Positions 63,312-64,000 of a DNA stretch of 64,000 nt are shown one piece after another. The DNA lies in NCBI GenBank assembly GCA_048502435.1, contig DBFRXD010000050.1:667-64666 (forward strand), in the 5' to 3' direction. Under the pieces are notes generated by a model. That model did no database searches, was not told the DNA's origin, and saw nothing but the letters and a program-made list of their open reading frames with translations. The DNA comes from Collinsella aerofaciens. GTDB lineage: Bacteria; Actinomycetota; Coriobacteriia; Coriobacteriales; Coriobacteriaceae. Position 1 is the stretch's first letter, and each line of letters starts with the position of its first letter. The position numbers were made by a program, and so were the translations under genes.

Positions 63312-63611
63312 CTACTCGCCATCCTCCAACTTAATGAGGATCTTGCGGTAGCCACCGTACTCGCCGTTCAGCGCCTTTGAAACGCGGCTCACCGTGGTGG
63401 ACGAAGCGCCGGTACGGGCCTGAACCTCAACATAAGGCTCGCCCTCGTCCAAATAGCGCGCAACCTGCAAACGCTGAGAAAGGTCGCAAATCTCGCGCGG
63501 CGTGCAGATATCGGTCAAAAACGCTTGGATATCCTTCTCGTCGTCCAAAAGGCTAAATGCGTGGACCAGCTGCTTGACATCAGGCTTGTCAAACATGTTC
63601 TCGATATTCAT
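63312..63611 (-). CDS. YerC/YecD (TrpR-like) family DNA-binding protein
   Basis: 99-aa ORF. LLDDEKDIQAFLTDICTPREICDLSQRLQVARYLDEGEPYVEVQARTGASSTTVSRVSKAL is the typical YerC pattern. Confidence 0.8.
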   Translation of the reverse strand: MNIENMFDKPDVKQLVHAFSLLDDEKDIQAFLTDICTPREICDLSQRLQVARYLDEGEPYVEVQARTGASSTTVSRVSKALNGEYGGYRKILIKLEDGE

Positions 63612-63935
63612 CGATCACCGCCAAACCCGCCAAAAGGCATCGAAGTTGATACTGACATCGGGCATCGTTCACCCGTTCTATGCAATAGGGCAACGCCTGT
63701 GGCTTTTGCCCGTAGCAGTGTAGCACACCACCAAACTAAAGCGACAAGACTCTCTGCCAGCGGCGCGTTTTTCAGGACGAACGCCGTTTAGAAACCATAT
63801 GCGCACGTAAGCTCCACGAATATTTGAGACAATGGGCGCCCAAACACCGCGGCGCGCCCGCGCAACCATCCAGGTCGCCGCCGTAAGCCGCTTCACGCGA
63901 CGCCAGCAATCCCGGCGCAAGAAAGGATTCACGCC

Positions 63936-64000
63936 ATGCGCTTTATGCTTAACTGGCTCTTCACCTCGATCGCCATCGCGATCGCCACGTTCCTCGTCCC
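63936..64000 (+). CDS. Small membrane protein, N-terminal fragment (phage holin family 4 / YvlD-like); continues beyond the window
   Basis: The ATG at 63936 follows GAAAGGA. MRFMLNWLFTSIAIAIATFLV resembles the N-terminus of the 4-TMS holin-superfamily-IV proteins. Only 21 codons are visible. Confidence 0.4.
   Translation, partial: MRFMLNWLFTSIAIAIATFLV

Noticed and set aside
63936-64000. A holin-family N-terminus as a sign of a prophage at the window edge.
   Set aside because: Only 21 codons are visible, and this family (holin superfamily IV / YvlD-like) is widespread as a chromosomal membrane protein. No other phage genes are nearby.

Overview
This is a high-GC bacterial chromosome segment. 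My hand counts on single 60-nt lines give about 62% GC in housekeeping genes. Gene content and an LAxTG-type sorting signal suggest an anaerobic, monoderm Actinomycetota (Coriobacteriia-like) organism, but that is inference only. I support about 48 protein-coding genes and saw no rRNA, tRNA or CRISPR array.

Housekeeping genes: queA, queH, metG, an rRNA m5C methyltransferase, DegV, class 3 FBPase, folD with a cyclohydrolase-like gene, fhs, ruvC-ruvA-ruvB (translationally coupled, preceded by a GAAC-N4-GTTC SOS box), dnaE, an addA/addB-like pair, an SNF2/SWIM helicase and a 1Fe superoxide reductase.

Accessory content:
- A lower-GC arginine deiminase cassette sits between queA and queH. It holds a YfcC-type carrier, arcA, arcB, a second divergent ADI paralogue and an XRE/S24-like regulator.
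- Two tandemly duplicated lipoprotein genes lie next to a Tat-signal, LAxTG-anchored PI-PLC-like protein.
- A small patch contains a DUF1016 nuclease and a double zinc-ribbon protein.
- There is a 228-bp MITE-like element, a palindromic intergenic repeat family with compensatory arm changes, and a NadE-like protein in which all the catalytic motifs I could align are substituted.

Most interesting: a candidate cobalamin riboswitch (about 25607-25779, minus strand) precedes a two-gene operon encoding only extracytoplasmic proteins. The first is a roughly 1271-aa wall-anchored protein with four tandem DUF4430/transcobalamin-like modules plus a PQQ-like beta-propeller. The second is a membrane-anchored single-DUF4430 protein. 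No transporter or cob genes are present. I propose this is a B12-regulated surface corrinoid-capture system of a Gram-positive organism.

All family assignments come from motif recognition by eye, not from searches.
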